DNA of 64,000 nucleotides, taken from positions 62,001-126,000 of the forward strand of contig AP026128.1 in the NCBI GenBank assembly GCA_030295235.1, written 5' to 3'. Source of the stretch: Fistulifera solaris. Lineage: Eukaryota. Below, one piece after another: positions 48,533 through 61,787 of the stretch. Numbering within the stretch: the stretch's first letter is position 1; each line of letters begins with the position of its first letter. The translations under genes and the position numbers were made by a program. The notes under the pieces were generated by a model. The model had not been told where the DNA came from. It saw only the letters and a program-made list of their open reading frames with translations, and ran no database searches.

Positions 48533-49990
48533 TTATCGAAAAATTTTCAGTATTCTCCACGCATCGATATCTTTGGCAATTGTATCACAACTTGTCACCG
48601 CATCAAATTCAACACGATACTGCAAGGGTGACTTCTCGGCCAATTGTAAACGACTCGTGTCGTCATCGCTTGAGGACTGCTCCGTGGCTTCCACATGGAC
48701 TACGCACCCGGAAGTGATTTCTTCTTGAAGCAGCATACGGCTCAATGTCGTGACGACGGTACTGGTAGCCTCGATGTATCGCTCCACCGGACGAGCTCCG
48801 TATTTCGGATCAAAAGACTTGGCCAGGATCACGCGAGCTCCACTGGTTTCCAACACAAGACGAATGCCCTTGGACAGGAGAAGTTGGCGAACATCCTGAA
48901 TGGACTTGTGAACAATCTTTTCCAGTTCATTAGGCCCAAGAGAATTGAAGATAACCACGGATGAAAGGCGATTCAAAAACTCTGGGGCGAAAATTCTCTG
49001 AACCTCATTCATAAGTTGAAAATTCGTCTCTTTTCCATCGCCTTCGGTCATATGCTGTGCTCCAATGTTCGATGTCAGAATAACTATGTATTTCGAAAAT
49101 CAACGGTAAAGGCCCTTTAGAGTCCGTCAAACGCCCTTCATCCATGATTTGAAGTAACACTCTCAGCACATGAGGATGTGCCTTTTCAATCTCATCGAAG
49201 AGAACAACCGCGTATGGCTGGCGGAGTACGGCGTCGATCAGTTGTTCACCCTCATCATACCCAATATATCCCGGCGGTGACCTGATCAAGCGGGCTACTG
49301 AATGCTGTACAATATACTCACTCATGTCGACGCGAACCAGGTGCCGTTCATCGCCATTATAATGAGTTCACCTAACAATGCTTTCGCCAACTCCGTTTTA
49401 CCAACCCCTGTAGGGCCGAGAAACAAGAATTTTCTTGTCGGCTGCGAGTCGCGTGCCAAGCCAGCTCTTGATCGAAGAATACATTCGGTGGCCGCATTAA
49501 TGGCCTCGTCTTGACCCACAACCCGCTCCCCTCAAACGCTGGTTCGTCAACAATCCCGCTTTTTCGCTTTGTGTTAGTTTGGTAACAGGGATGCCGGTCC
49601 GACGGGAAATGACTTCTGCAACATCCTGATCCATTACATATCCTTTGGTCGACACCGTTTTCGATCTTTACCAGCAATTCGAACGTTGTCAAACTTTGCT
49701 TTGCTGATATAATGCATTCATCTTCCATGATTGAATCGGCCTTCAACTTTTCTTTTGAGGCTTCTAGCTCGGTTCTCGAACTGATTAAATTCGCTAGCTT
49801 TGCTATATATGGCGATTTCTTCTGACGCTGGATTGCTACCTCTTCGGTATCTGACTTTTAGATTGTCGTTCCAGTTGAGCCATCTGAGCTGGTCGGCTGT
49901 CCAGAATGGATCTTTATGCGTCGCAGCTTCATCAATCAGATCGATACTCTTCTCGAAATTAAATTTGTGATCGATGTAGCGGTCCGATTC
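48533..49990 (-). pseudogene. ClpB/Hsp101 pseudogene (N-domain and most of NBD1 missing; multiple frameshifts)
   Basis: Fragments [64 protein letters not shown] and [12 protein letters not shown] lie in different frames. Confidence 0.88.
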
Positions 49991-49999
49991 TTTGAGATC

Positions 50000-50985
50000 G
50001 ACGCGACCGCTCTATTTCGCAACAGATGCACGAAATCTTTCATTACAACTGATTCGCGACTGCTCGCCGTCGTCTGCGCAGCACCACTCCGTCGATTCGG
50101 GTCTTCGCTGCGGGCCTCACGACATTCTTGTAGCGCCTGCAGTAAATGTTACTGCATAATCGCCGTCGCGTGATACGAATCATCACACGCTTCACATATT
50201 TCATTCCACAGCAACTCGTACGTTTGTGCCGTCGACTGCTGCCGGATCCTGCCACAATTCTTTGCCATTCTGCCATTGCGTTCGCGTCAATTGACACGCC
50301 TTCCGCACCACTCGATCGGCCGCTTGCAACGGATCCTGGCATTCTTCATCACTGCTCTCTGCGTCTCGATCGGCTCGATTGGGGCGATCGGGTCGTCCGT
50401 ATTCGTCATGAGACGATGATTCGCCCGCACCGTGAGATTCTCGACTTTACGAACGTGATGCACGTGACACGGAATCCCACTCCCCGCCGAGAATTTCCAT
50501 TTCCTATCCCGATACACAAAGCCAAAACGAAAATGACACCGATGTTCTTCAATGAGAGCAAATTTCGTGTGCGTCGGTTTCAACCGTTTCTGTCGGGATT
50601 CCGGATTCTTCATACTCTTGTACAAAGTATTGCGTTTACAACGAAACGACAAGTAATTGTATTGCTTCGAATAACCACTATACGCGAGTTCAAAACCATC
50701 TTTCGCACACGCGCGAATGACTTCTTCCGCAATGGCCAAGATGGTCTCACGTTCATCGTCCGTACGATCGGGAAATAGATGAACTTTCGTATGCTCCGCA
50801 AAGAATGGATCATTTTTGTTGTTTTCGTGTGCGTACGTCGAATTCTTTCCCATATATTCGACTAAATTGATTTCCGTTTGATAGACTTGCCCCGTGAGCG
50901 GGTTGGTAAATTGCGCCGGTAACAGGATGCAATCCGAATTCCACGTGTGATCTGCGGTAGTGCCAATATCAATGACGTCGCTCAT
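50000..50985 (-). pseudogene. Second copy of the FAR1/WRKY-like gene, disrupted in its 3' part
   Basis: PAQFTNPLTGQVYQTEINLVEYMGKNS...YLSFRCKR...HRCHFRFGFVYRDRKWKF...CHVHH aligns with 46321-47301. The 3' region has frameshifts and a stop (HATAIMQ*). Confidence 0.75.
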
Positions 50986-51377
50986 TATTGAGTGGAATCG
51001 TAAGTTCAGCTTTTTGTAAGAATGCTGGTGGAATATTGCGGTGTCCTTTTGTGTTATCCTCGAAGAATGAATTGCAATGCTGCGGCGGAGAACGACAAAA
51101 ATGCGAGGCGTATGTGTTTTTATTTCTCGCGTGCGACGTGCGTGCGGTGGAAAAAATGCTGCCAAGGCTCTTGTTTACGGCACACAATTGTCTAGGAGTA
51201 AATCGCCATCGGCGAGCCGGGCTACCAAACCTCGGATGACACGATCCGTGCTCTGCCCACGAATCTGACGTCACCCTCGACGGAAAAAATGCAACGCAAC
51301 AAATAAACGCGAGAAAGAGACAAAAGGTCTTGTTGTTCTTGTTGATCAACGCAGAAAGCGAAACAATCTAACCAACA

Positions 51378-53186
51378 ATGAATTTCTCATTCTATTTTCA
51401 ATATATACTACCGCTCTGCTTAGTTCTCAGCAGAGCGCACGCCTTTTATTCGACGAAAACATCCTTCCGACCGCCTTTATTTCTTGCCGCATCGAACGAT
51501 CTGGATGCTTTCTTCTCGACAAAATCGCGGTTGACAGTCGAATGGCAAGGATGGACTACACTGAGGACAGGAAGTAATCAACGCACCGTTCACGCGGCAG
51601 TTTTGACGGTTCCCGGTGATAATAAGAATACGCCACGCCCCGCTCTGGTGTTACCGCTCGAGGATCGTTCCCAACAACTATTATTGCAAGCCGCTCACGC
51701 ACAGAAACCCTTAACACCGTTACAATTGTTGCGTTTGAATGCGTATGCGATCAATCGCGATAATGGGTTGTTTGATCAATTGCCGTATCAGCTGTGGACG
51801 GTCGATCCCGATAATGTATGGAAAGATGCGGCCGGAAATCCGACCCAATATCATGGTGGAAAGAAGGAAGCCTATCAATGGTTCTTGGGAAAGGACTGGA
51901 AGCTGTATGATTCATCGAACAAACGACAAGAAAAAAGAAGAAGACGAGGACGATTCACTCGACTGGACCGTGTTGCAAAAACGCATGGCGGAATTGCAAC
52001 GACAAGAATGGGAAATGGAATTGGCGGACTTGCAACAACAATTGGCTTTGGCCAATCGACAGGGGACACCGTACGATGACCAGTTGCAAATGCGTCGTAT
52101 TCAGCTTCAGGAACAGTTGCGAGCCACCGACGTCGTTTCTACGTCGTCGTCCATCGAGACGACTCCTCCTTCCATTGACATGTTGTCGTACACCAGTCCG
52201 TATGATATGTTTCGAGATTTGTTGCAACATCAAATGAAGGCGGAAGTCATTGCGACGGTTCTAGAAAACACGAGTTTTCTTGATGGTAATCTGGTACTGG
52301 AGGTGCCATTGTCTTGCGACGGATTGTGGCAACGCAAACGGTCACTCTCTTGGGAGAACGGGTCTCGGTTCCGGACAGGACCGAAACGTACGGAAACCCC
52401 GAACAAGTGGGTGGGACCATCTTGATTGTGGAATGTCATGCCGATGAAGCCATTGGCATGAGTCTCGCGTGTCAGTTGCCGTGTCAAATCGATGCGGCTT
52501 TGTGGGAAAAGGCGAGTGTCATGGTAACACCGACATCCCGACGCGAGTGGACCGTGCAAGACTCGGCATTATCCGTACTGATGGAAGGAGAAGCGTTACA
52601 GAATGCGACGTCGGAACGTGCACTGCCGCTACGGATCCCGCGGAGTACGCTATCGTTGTATGATCGAATCCTCGCGCCGCGTCGTGCCTCGTCGACACCT
52701 TTGTTTCCGACCGACAATCCCATACAGTCATTGGAGCAGTACGATGCATTGACGACACAAGACAAGGTTCGAACACTGTTGGAACTTTCCAACTTTGAGG
52801 GACAGTTGCCTCGTCCGCGGACGGTACGAGAAAATCCAGCGGCACTGGATGAACTGTTACTGCCGTTGATTGATGAATCGGTACGATGGCAGTATCGCAT
52901 GCGAGAAGCTCAACAACGAGGCGACAAAGCAATGGTTGAAACTTTGTTGGAACAAAAGAGTCGGAAACAGGCGGCTTTGGAAAAGGCACAAGAGGAAACG
53001 ATGAATTCCACGTACTGGACCGAAGAAGCAAATTTCTTGGGTAGTCTGCGTGCCGACCCAACCCAAAATGAAGGAAGTTATTCGCGCTTCTTGGATCGAG
53101 ACGAATGGTACGAGCGCCAACGTCAAGAACAATCCAAGCGAGTGAAACGCAGTCAATTTGGGTCTTTACTGGATGGGATTGAGTAA
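51378..53186 (+). CDS. Putative plastid-targeted hypothetical protein (about 600 aa); frameshifts near 51925 and 52300
   Basis: Signal peptide ending AHA-F (diatom ASAF-type cleavage) plus an S/T/R-rich transit-like stretch; three abutting ORFs. LIVECHADEAIGMSL weakly recalls the bifunctional nuclease/DUF151 C-terminal motif. Confidence 0.65.
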
Positions 53187-53302
53187 GAAAAAAGAGGACA
53201 ATTGCATATTTGATGTATTAGCGTGAATGCAAATAACGCCACATTCAAGTTTCTGGATTCCTTTTCAAAGCTTCCTCGATTCTTTCTTTCATGCCAACCA
53301 CC

Positions 53303-53931
53303 TCAGGGGGGCATGTTTGACGTAGCACCTCGCTCAATAATTTCGCGAACTTCCCTCAATTCCGCCTCGATTTCTCCGTCTGTATTTCCTTCAAGAGAAA
53401 TGCCGTGAGCAGTTGTTCTCAGACTGGTTCACAAAGAAAGGTGTTCAGACGAAACTCACCATCTGGGGCATCGACCGCAAATGTTCGATGCTGCGCGTCG
53501 ATTTCTTCCTTGTCTTCATATATTGCCGCCTCATCGATGATATGGGCCGCTTGTTTCATATCTTCTTTCTCCATGGCATCAGAAATGCCGTCCGGCGCCT
53601 CCACAGCGAATATCGTACGAGCATCAATTAGGAAACGCTTCATTTTCTCAAGTTCCGCGGCAATATCATCCTTGTGCTGTTGAGATTGGTCAAACAGTCG
53701 GTCAATCTCGGACGTATCCGTCCACTGAATGGTGGGACGCTGAATTGCGGTCTTTTTGTGCGCATACGTTTCATGGAGTTTTTCCATGGAACGTTCAATA
53801 TTGCGCGTCGATTCCATCAAGCTGTCCAAGTGCTCCAAGTATCCAGCCATGAGCTGCAGCTCAGGATCACTTGCAGCCCGTTTTGCTTGGGAACTCAGCA
53901 ATCGTCGGTAAAGTCGTTGTTGCGAGAACAT
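53303..53931 (-). CDS. Putative mitochondrial hypothetical protein with two FAV[E/D]APDG repeats; intron about 53390-53459
   Basis: MFSQQRLYRRLLSSQAKR presequence-like start; FAVEAPDGISD and spliced FAVDAPDGNTD. Confidence 0.65.
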
Positions 53932-54474
53932 GGTCGAAAATGTGGTGTCGGGTTTGTGTTCAGATGCCGGGGCGGAATGACGAAATGGATATCTTTGAAT
54001 TGGTGGTGACCAAGCTTTGAGATTAGCGAAGCTACAAGAAGCTTGGCGTACGGGCTTGAGTTTGTAAATCGAAGCAATACAAGGTCGTCGCCTTCTTCTA
54101 TTTTTGCGAACCCTCGGAGGTGTCGCGAAAAATGAGAACCTCAACATTTTCGCGCTCGCGCCTGATAGTCCTTTTCGGGTCACGAGACATACGTCATAGT
54201 TCCATTGCTTGATACAGGAGTATGAGCTTACAGTGTAGGCGTGGAGGAAAGATCCCCAATTTTGTTCGATCGAATTCGATTCTTCTTCAGTCGTGTTTGT
54301 TGGTGGTGACACTTCCAGGTGTCACTCCATCATTCATTCGTACTCAAAAGCTCTTCTCTCCTTCGCTCTTCTCATTATTTTTTCGAACAAGACAAAACGA
54401 ACGCACGCATCACATTTTACGAACCTGTTTGATCACTGTTTTTATACCTTTACACAATAAAAGAAACAAATAAC

Positions 54475-57200
54475 ATGACAGATCCAAATCGAGCAGTTAC
54501 CGACGCATCGGTAAAAGCTATCAACGAAGCAATCGCTGCAGCCCGCGACAATGGCAACAGTGTCGCCGATCCTATTCATCTCGCACACGTTCTCTTTCAC
54601 ACCGAAGACTCCATTGGTGCCAGAGTGTGTCTTCGTGTATCCTGCGATGTCAATTTGGTGCGGCGCAGCATTCAAAAAGCTCTTTTGAAGAAGCCCGCAC
54701 AAACGCCGGCTCCACTGGAGGCATCTCCCTCGTCGTCCTTTTCCCTTTTGTTGCAACATGCCACCAAGCTTTCCAAGGCCAACGGAGATGCCTTGGTGGC
54801 GTTGGATCACCTGCTAATGGCGTTGTATGAAGATCGTGAAGCCAAGAGTGCATTGGAAGAGGGCGGCCTTTCCAAACAAAAAGGCAGAAACCGGTGTCAA
54901 GGAAATTCGTGGCGACTCCAAAGTGACTTCGTCGGGCGCGGAAGATCAATACGAAGCACTCGAAAAGTACGGAATTGATTTGCGGAAACTGGCCGAAGAA
55001 GGCAAGCTCGATCCCGTGATTGGCCGTGACGAAGAGATTCGTCGATTGATTCAAATCCTGTCTCGACGAACCAAAAACAATCCTGTTTTGGTGGGCGAAC
55101 CAGGTACTGGTAAAACATCAATTGTCGAAGGTTTGGCACGACGATTGGTGGAAGGCGATGTCCCCGAATCCATCAAAGGAGTTGCTTTGCGTACACTGGA
55201 TATGGGAGCACTCGTTGCCGGTGCCAAGTATCGCGGAGAATTTGAAGAGCGACTTCGGGCCGTATTGGACGAAGTCAAGCGCGCCGAAGGCCGAATGGTT
55301 CTCTTTGTGGATGAAATTCATCTAGTCTTGGGTGCGGGCAAGACGGACGGAGCCATGGATGCGGCAAACTTGCTGAAACCGATGTTGGCTCGTGGTGAAC
55401 TGCGAATGATTGGTGCCACGACTCTGAACGAGTATCGACAACACATTGAAAAGGATTCGGCCTTCGAGAGGCGTTTTCAACCCGTCACTGTCAACGAACC
55501 ATCCGTTACCGATACTATCTCGATGCTGCGTGGTCTAGTGGAACGATACGAAGCACACCACGGTGTTCGTATCACGGATAGTGCCATTGTGGCGGCAGCC
55601 AAACTGTCGGATCGATATATCAATCATCGTTTTAATCCGGACAAGAGTATCGACTTGATTGATGAAGCAGCAGCACGAAAGCGGACCATCCTTGATAGTC
55701 GACCGGAAAGAATTGATCAATTGGAGCGTCAAATCCTACAACTGGAGATTGAAGCGACGGCTTTGGGCCGCGAGAAAGACAAGCAGTCGAAAAGAAGTTG
55801 TCCCAGATTCGCGAGGACATTATCAATTTAAAAGAGGAACTGGCACCTTTAAATGAAAAGTGGCAGGCGGATCGTGGACGAGCCGAAGAACTTAAGGAAG
55901 CCAAGGAGCGGCTTGCGACACTGGAATTTAAAGCTGCCACAGCAGAACGGCAGGGGAGATTATGAGAAAGCGGCCGATCTCAAGTACGGTGCCATTCCAG
56001 ACTTGAAAGCGCATTTGAAGAAGATTGAAGAAGAGGAAAAAGCCCGAAAGGCCGAAAGTGGCGATGAAAGCGAGAACGTCACGGACCAAGATATTGCCGA
56101 AGTTATATCTCGCTGGACCGGTATTCCAGTCAACAAACTGTCGCAAACTGAAAAGTCGAGGTTGTTGAACTTGGACCAGCGTCTGCGAGAACGTGTGATA
56201 GGACAGGATGAAGCTATCCATGTTGTGACCGATTGCATATTGCGATCGAAAGCTGGATTGGCACGCGAGTCACAGCCAACGGGAAGCTTCTTGTTTCTAG
56301 GTCCCACAGGCGTTGGCAAGACGGAATTGTCGAAAGCTTTATTCAGTGAGTTGTACGATGGAGATGAGCGGCACCTGGTTCGTATTGACATGAGCGAGTA
56401 TTCGGAGCAGCACTCCGTTGCTCGTTTGATCGGATCGCCCCCAGGATACGTTGGACACGACGAGGGCGGACAACTTACGGAAGCCGCTCGTCGCAAACCG
56501 CATTAACCGTTGTTCTATTTGACGAGATTGAAAAGGCGCACCCTCGTGTGTTGACGATATTGCTGCAAATCATGGATGAAGGTCGCTTTGACGGACTCTA
56601 AAGGTCGTACCGTCGACTTCCGCAACACGGTTGTAATTTTGACATCGAACGTCGGGCGCCAAATACTTACTGAATCTTACGGAGGACTCGGACGAAACGA
56701 AAGGAAGCGCATGCACGGGTCATGACCGAAGTACAGAATACATTCGCACCCGAACTCTTGAACCGACTCTCTGGTTTGGTCATGTTCAATTCATTGGGTA
56801 CTACGCAGTTGGAGAAGATTGTCCACAAATCCATGCTAACGTCCGTAGCGTCTTCTTGCCAAGGGCATTCGCGATACTTGAACCCAGTGGAGCTCAGTTG
56901 ATTTTACACGAATCTTACGATCCCAACTACGGGGCTCGTCCCGTGGAACGTTACCTGGAATCGACGGTCGTCACGACATTGAGCCGCATGTTGATCCAAG
57001 GTGACATTACGAGTGGATGTGTGGTTCACATTGAAGCTACCGAAGCAGGAGACGATGACTCGTTTGACGATGCCAGCCATCCCTTGTCCAAGAAGGCGCG
57101 TTTGCATTACCGCGTGGAAGCCAATTCGGGAAATAGTGACATGGATGTTGATGATGACATTGATTTCAACCCGAACAATTGGGAGGGCGATGAGTTTTAG
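54475..57200 (+). CDS. clpB: ClpB/Hsp101 (most canonical copy); several single-base frameshifts
   Basis: [30 protein letters not shown] pore loop, AADLKYG M-domain, [29 protein letters not shown]. Confidence 0.92.
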
Positions 57201-57665
57201 AGAGATACATACGCTTGAATCCATATAATTTATAACTTAATAAGAGAATATTAGACGACAATTGATACAGACAAGAATTGGAAGCTGTATTTATTTAGAA
57301 GAGCATTTCATTTTACGAATGTATTAGATTTGAAACACGCGCCCTAACTGGGTAACGGTAAGACTCTATACACTTAGACAAACCGGATCGCTCGTTTTTG
57401 ACGTTATCGGTCGTTTCCGCACTTTTTCTCTTCGCAGACAACGAAAACGGTCGCAAAGAAATAAACCGGTCTCTTCAAGCAAAGAGAAACGACAATGATT
57501 ATCCAAGAATCAAATTCATGAAAACGGCACGTCGGAGAAACGAAACCAGTTTACAAAGGCGATGATGTTGTCAAAGGAGAGAACGATTCAGTCGTTCTCA
57601 CAATTTTGCTGTCCCGTTAAAACGCATTAGCAGATCACCAACAAGCAACACCCAGCAGCCACACC

Positions 57666-58250
57666 ATGACCGCTCAAACCCTCCCATTGTCATTTGAAGT
57701 TCTCCTTCCGCGATCCGAAGACGACGTTCCGTGCGATATGGAATTGTCGCTCGACGACTCTTCGAGCAGCGCTTCTTCGGAGGTTTCGAGCTTGAAAGGC
57801 GACTATTACAACTTCCTCCGCAATGACATTGGTGTGTATCGCGAGCATTCCTGGACGATCCACTTTTACGAACGAAATCGACGTGCGGGTGACTCACTGT
57901 GGTTCCGCGCGTGGAGCAACAATGAAGTGAATGGAGGAGTGTTCCGGGAATTGGAAGGCGACGAAATCCTCCACTTTGTTGCAAGCAAAGTGCAGAGCCA
58001 TCCCGATAGCTGCTTTTATCTCAAGATGACTCGACGAGGTGGCTTTACTTGCTTTTCCTTGTTCGGAACGGACCTCATCCATAGTGCACTGAGTACCATT
58101 TTGAAGCTCGCCACCGAACGCGATCGACTCTTTATTCCGAGCAAAGCCGCGCTGGAAAAAGCCATTTTACGGGAGAATCGCAAGAAGAATGGACTAATCA
58201 AGACTTGGCTTCGTCCGAATGCAATCGCTCAAACCGCGGGAAGCCGGTGA
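57666..58250 (+). CDS. Hypothetical protein (194 aa)
   Basis: ATG-initiated ORF with coding-like composition; no recognised motif. Confidence 0.6.
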   Translation: MTAQTLPLSFEVLLPRSEDDVPCDMELSLDDSSSSASSEVSSLKGDYYNFLRNDIGVYREHSWTIHFYERNRRAGDSLWFRAWSNNEVNGGVFRELEGDEILHFVASKVQSHPDSCFYLKMTRRGGFTCFSLFGTDLIHSALSTILKLATERDRLFIPSKAALEKAILRENRKKNGLIKTWLRPNAIAQTAGSR

Positions 58251-58418
58251 AAGAACAAAGAACAGAACTAATCTATACGAGTAATAGAACGTCATTCTTG
58301 TAGAAAGTAGGTTTTAGTAGGTTTGCGTATTTCTTTCATGAAAAAAGGTCCAAGAACGGTTCATTTACAATATCGCTAGAGAGGGAATTCTCACGTCCCT
58401 AATCTGTTTCATTATTTG

Positions 58419-58584
58419 ACTTTTACTCACTTGTGACTTCCACTCCAATGCTCACTTCTACTTCACTTCAACTTCTACTCTACTTCACTTCACTTCCACT
58501 TCGCTGCTCACTTTCACTCCACTTCCACTTCGCTGCTCACTTCTAGTTCACTTCCAGTTCTGCTTCCACTTTACTTCCACTTCT
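58419..58584. repeat. Degenerate (CACTT/CACTTC)n low-complexity tract
   Basis: Many CACTT-like units; CACTTCCACTTCGCTGCTCACTT occurs twice. Confidence 0.85.
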
Positions 58585-58940
58585 GCAGCTATCATCATCA
58601 CATCATCACTGCGACTTTGTCTCCACGATTGCGTTCATTTTCTTGCCCTGTCTGTCCGGGACCCGTTACTGTAACTGTTGGTTTTACGCGCGCGCGCGCG
58701 TCTATCGAGGTCGTCCGATAGTCGTCCGTCCGACACACTGTATACTGTACAGTCACGTTACCAGGTATAACCCCTAACCTTCCGACAAAATGGGGTCGTA
58801 CGAAAAAGGACGCTGCGTTATTATGCGCGTGCCGACGACCGTTGATCTCGCTTTCATTTTTTTTCTTTTTGGACTGCCAACGACTTGAAAGAGACGAAGA
58901 GCAACAAAACATTTGACCCTGCTTCTCATATCATCTTGCC

Positions 58941-61039
58941 ATGATATATAGTCGCTTTGGGGTTATCCTTTTCCTGATAGCCGGGGCCTTTGCGTCATCA
59001 CGAGCCACAAAATCACCCGCACTTCGAACAAATGCCGAGCGAGGCCACAATTTACCGAAATTTCGGAGACTGGAACAACAAACCCTCATAAAAGACTATC
59101 GCTTGTACGAACCGTACGAAATTCCTTTGATTTTGCAAAACTGGACTGCTTTGTACCCCAACTTGGTGCAGGTCACCACCGCACAAGAAGCGTACGGATT
59201 GCCCCCGGTAGGAACATCGGACGATTGTCCGTTCGACCAGGTTGGATGTTTGATTTATATTGTGACGTTACAAGACTATAGGATTCATCCGATCGGTAGT
59301 GAATCCTCGAAGCAATTACCCGAAGTGTTTCTGAATGGACAAGTGCATGGTGATGAACGGTGGGTATGAACTGCTTTCCTTTCGTTGGAGCTCTATCGCG
59401 TGAACTCATGAATCCACATCTTTTTCTTTGTCACATCAAGAGTCGGTCCGACCGCCGTCTTAGAGGCTGCTCATTTACTGCTCATGGCTGCCGCGTGTGA
59501 AGCGAAAAGCACGCTGCAAACGGATTTTCAGGCATGCCGAAACGAATTACTCGATCGCGGCATCACCGACGACCACCGTCAGTGGCTGACACGATTGCTG
59601 CGGACGCGTCGGATTGTTTTGATTCCCACCGCCAATCCGTGGGGATATTATCATGACATCCGGACCGAATATGAAGTGGATGTGAACCGCGATTTCGCCT
59701 TTGATGCCGAAGATGCGACCACGTGCATGCAAACAATTGCGGCACGGGCCATCAATGAGGTCGTCCGCGCACACATGTTCCAATCCGGTATTGTCTTTCA
59801 CGCAGGCTTCGAAATGATTGGTTACGAGTGGGGTGCCAATGCCTATAACGGTTGGCGATCCCCCGATGATACATCGCAATCGCAAATCGCCGCAGCGCAC
59901 AGTCGGTACGGTGGTGGGTGGGATACCTCACCGCCCTATGTGTATGGTACGATGGATCAAATCATTTATACAGTACACGGATCGTTGGAAGATTGGGGTA
60001 CGCCAGTTCGTGGGATACCGACGTTGTCACACAATGTGCACCTACCACGTACGGTGGTTACGAGGCCGAAAGGACCGTCTATCCGCCGTACACAAATCGC
60101 ATGTTTAGTATGCTTGTAGAGACGAGCATGGATAAGACTCCGACATCTGACTTTGGGACCTCCTTGGATGTGTTGAATCCAGAAAGCTCAGGGAACGGTC
60201 ATGTGCCTCGAAATCTGCGCCTTTCCTTATTGATGATTGATTTGGTGGAACCCTATGTCTGGTTCACGTCCGACATTGGTTCGTCCAGGTACCAGCTGGA
60301 TACGATGGTCCCTTTTCCAGAAAGTACCGGATCGTCCTGTCGAGACCATGTTATGATGCAAGTAGAACAAGAAACGACCATGTTGGAAGTGTCATGGGAA
60401 GTGGGAGGAGCTTTTCAGGTTGACTCGACAGCGTTATGGTATGCCAAGTGGGATGATATACCCGAAACAGTGTTGGACTGCCGCACCCAACCGACCATCG
60501 CAGATGTTCAACAATATATGCAAGCTGGTTTCTTGACCGGACCATTGGGCGGTACGGGTCGCTTTTCGACGACGAGGTCTACCGTTTTTGATGGCACAAT
60601 ATCACTGTCCAATTTCACACATGGCGATACCATTGTCATTCTCGCGTCCGCTCGTGTCGATTCTTCATGGGCCGATTCGTCTTCACCATTACGACCGCAA
60701 GTATCACCGCAAACGCATTTAGCCAATGTCCGAACCAATCCGGAGTATTATTATGAAACAGAAACGAACGTTGTGCGAGGACGATTGGATTGGTTTTCGC
60801 AGCCCTTGACTGTGAAAGTGGTATCGTCATCCGTATCGACCAATGCGCCAACGGCATCACTCAGCATCCCGTCCTCCAGCAGCAGTAGAGTACCCCTATC
60901 GTCGCCCACGGATGTGGATGATAAAACGTCGCTATCACCCACTACTCAACAACGGATTGAGTCACCCACCAGCGCGTCGGATGTTGCCGGTGGCTCACTC
61001 GCTATCCTTTTATTGGGGTTACTGACTTACTGGCTATGA
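58941..61039 (+). CDS. Secreted M14 zinc carboxypeptidase with S/T-rich stalk and hydrophobic C-terminus (possible GPI anchor); one intron about 59360-59440, frameshift near 59997
   Basis: VHGDER|VGP (HxxE), IPTANPWG, DVNRDF, VFHAG, LVETS; signal peptide with an RRL motif. Confidence 0.88.
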
Positions 61040-61118
61040 GCGACAAGAAACGAATTCCATCTTATTTTTATAAATAATAGAATACTAATAATACAATTAT
61101 ATGGCCGAGGAATAAATT

Positions 61119-61787
61119 TTACAATCGCGACGACGTTTGCTGCAAAAGAGCTCGTACTTTTTGATAGGCTGGTCGATGATGACAACGTTGGATGTATTCC
61201 CTCCATTCATCGGAACCATTCCATCCAATGTGTTCCCCCCAATCCCAACAGTGCACCAACAGAATATCCGCCGCGGTAAATTCCTTCCCCAATAAGTACA
61301 AATCATTCGATGGCATTACAGTTGGCAGCAAGTTGGTATAGTGTTGTTGCGCGGCGGCGACGGCTGCGGGGAGAACTCCACCCAAATACTTGCCCATTTC
61401 CGTGCCATGTTTGCGATGCATCCATAACCCTTGGGCATCCAATTCCGATAGGATGGTACAACACATTTGATCGTATTGAGCACGAGCCCGCGTACGGGGT
61501 GGAGGCACCAGAGCCGAGGAGGGATACAAATCTCCCAAATACGTATTGATCGCTACCGATTCGGTCAGTGTGAAGGACGGAACTGTTGGATCGTCGTCAA
61601 AAGCCAGTAAAATAGGCACTTTCCCCGTAGGATTGTGTTCACGAACGTTCCGACTGGCCGGTCGATACGGAAGATGTTCGTAAGGAACAGTTCCCAATTC
61701 TTCCAACATCCACAGACAGCGAAATGTGCGCGTCCAAGCGGGGCCTATGATTTGAAAGCGCGTCGGTGTGGTAGCGGATAGCGTCAT
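61119..61787 (-). CDS. Glutathione S-transferase
   Basis: WMLEELG, HNPTGKVPIL, LTESVAINTYL, YLLGKEFTAADI. Confidence 0.92.
   Translation of the reverse strand: MTLSATTPTRFQIIGPAWTRTFRCLWMLEELGTVPYEHLPYRPASRNVREHNPTGKVPILLAFDDDPTVPSFTLTESVAINTYLGDLYPSSALVPPPRTRARAQYDQMCCTILSELDAQGLWMHRKHGTEMGKYLGGVLPAAVAAAQQHYTNLLPTVMPSNDLYLLGKEFTAADILLVHCWDWGEHIGWNGSDEWREYIQRCHHRPAYQKVRALLQQTSSRL

Noticed and set aside
43048..57200. Bacterial contamination or operon suggested by intron-less clpB genes
   Set aside because: The copies are interleaved with intron-containing eukaryotic genes and resemble each other, which fits local duplication of cytosolic Hsp101.
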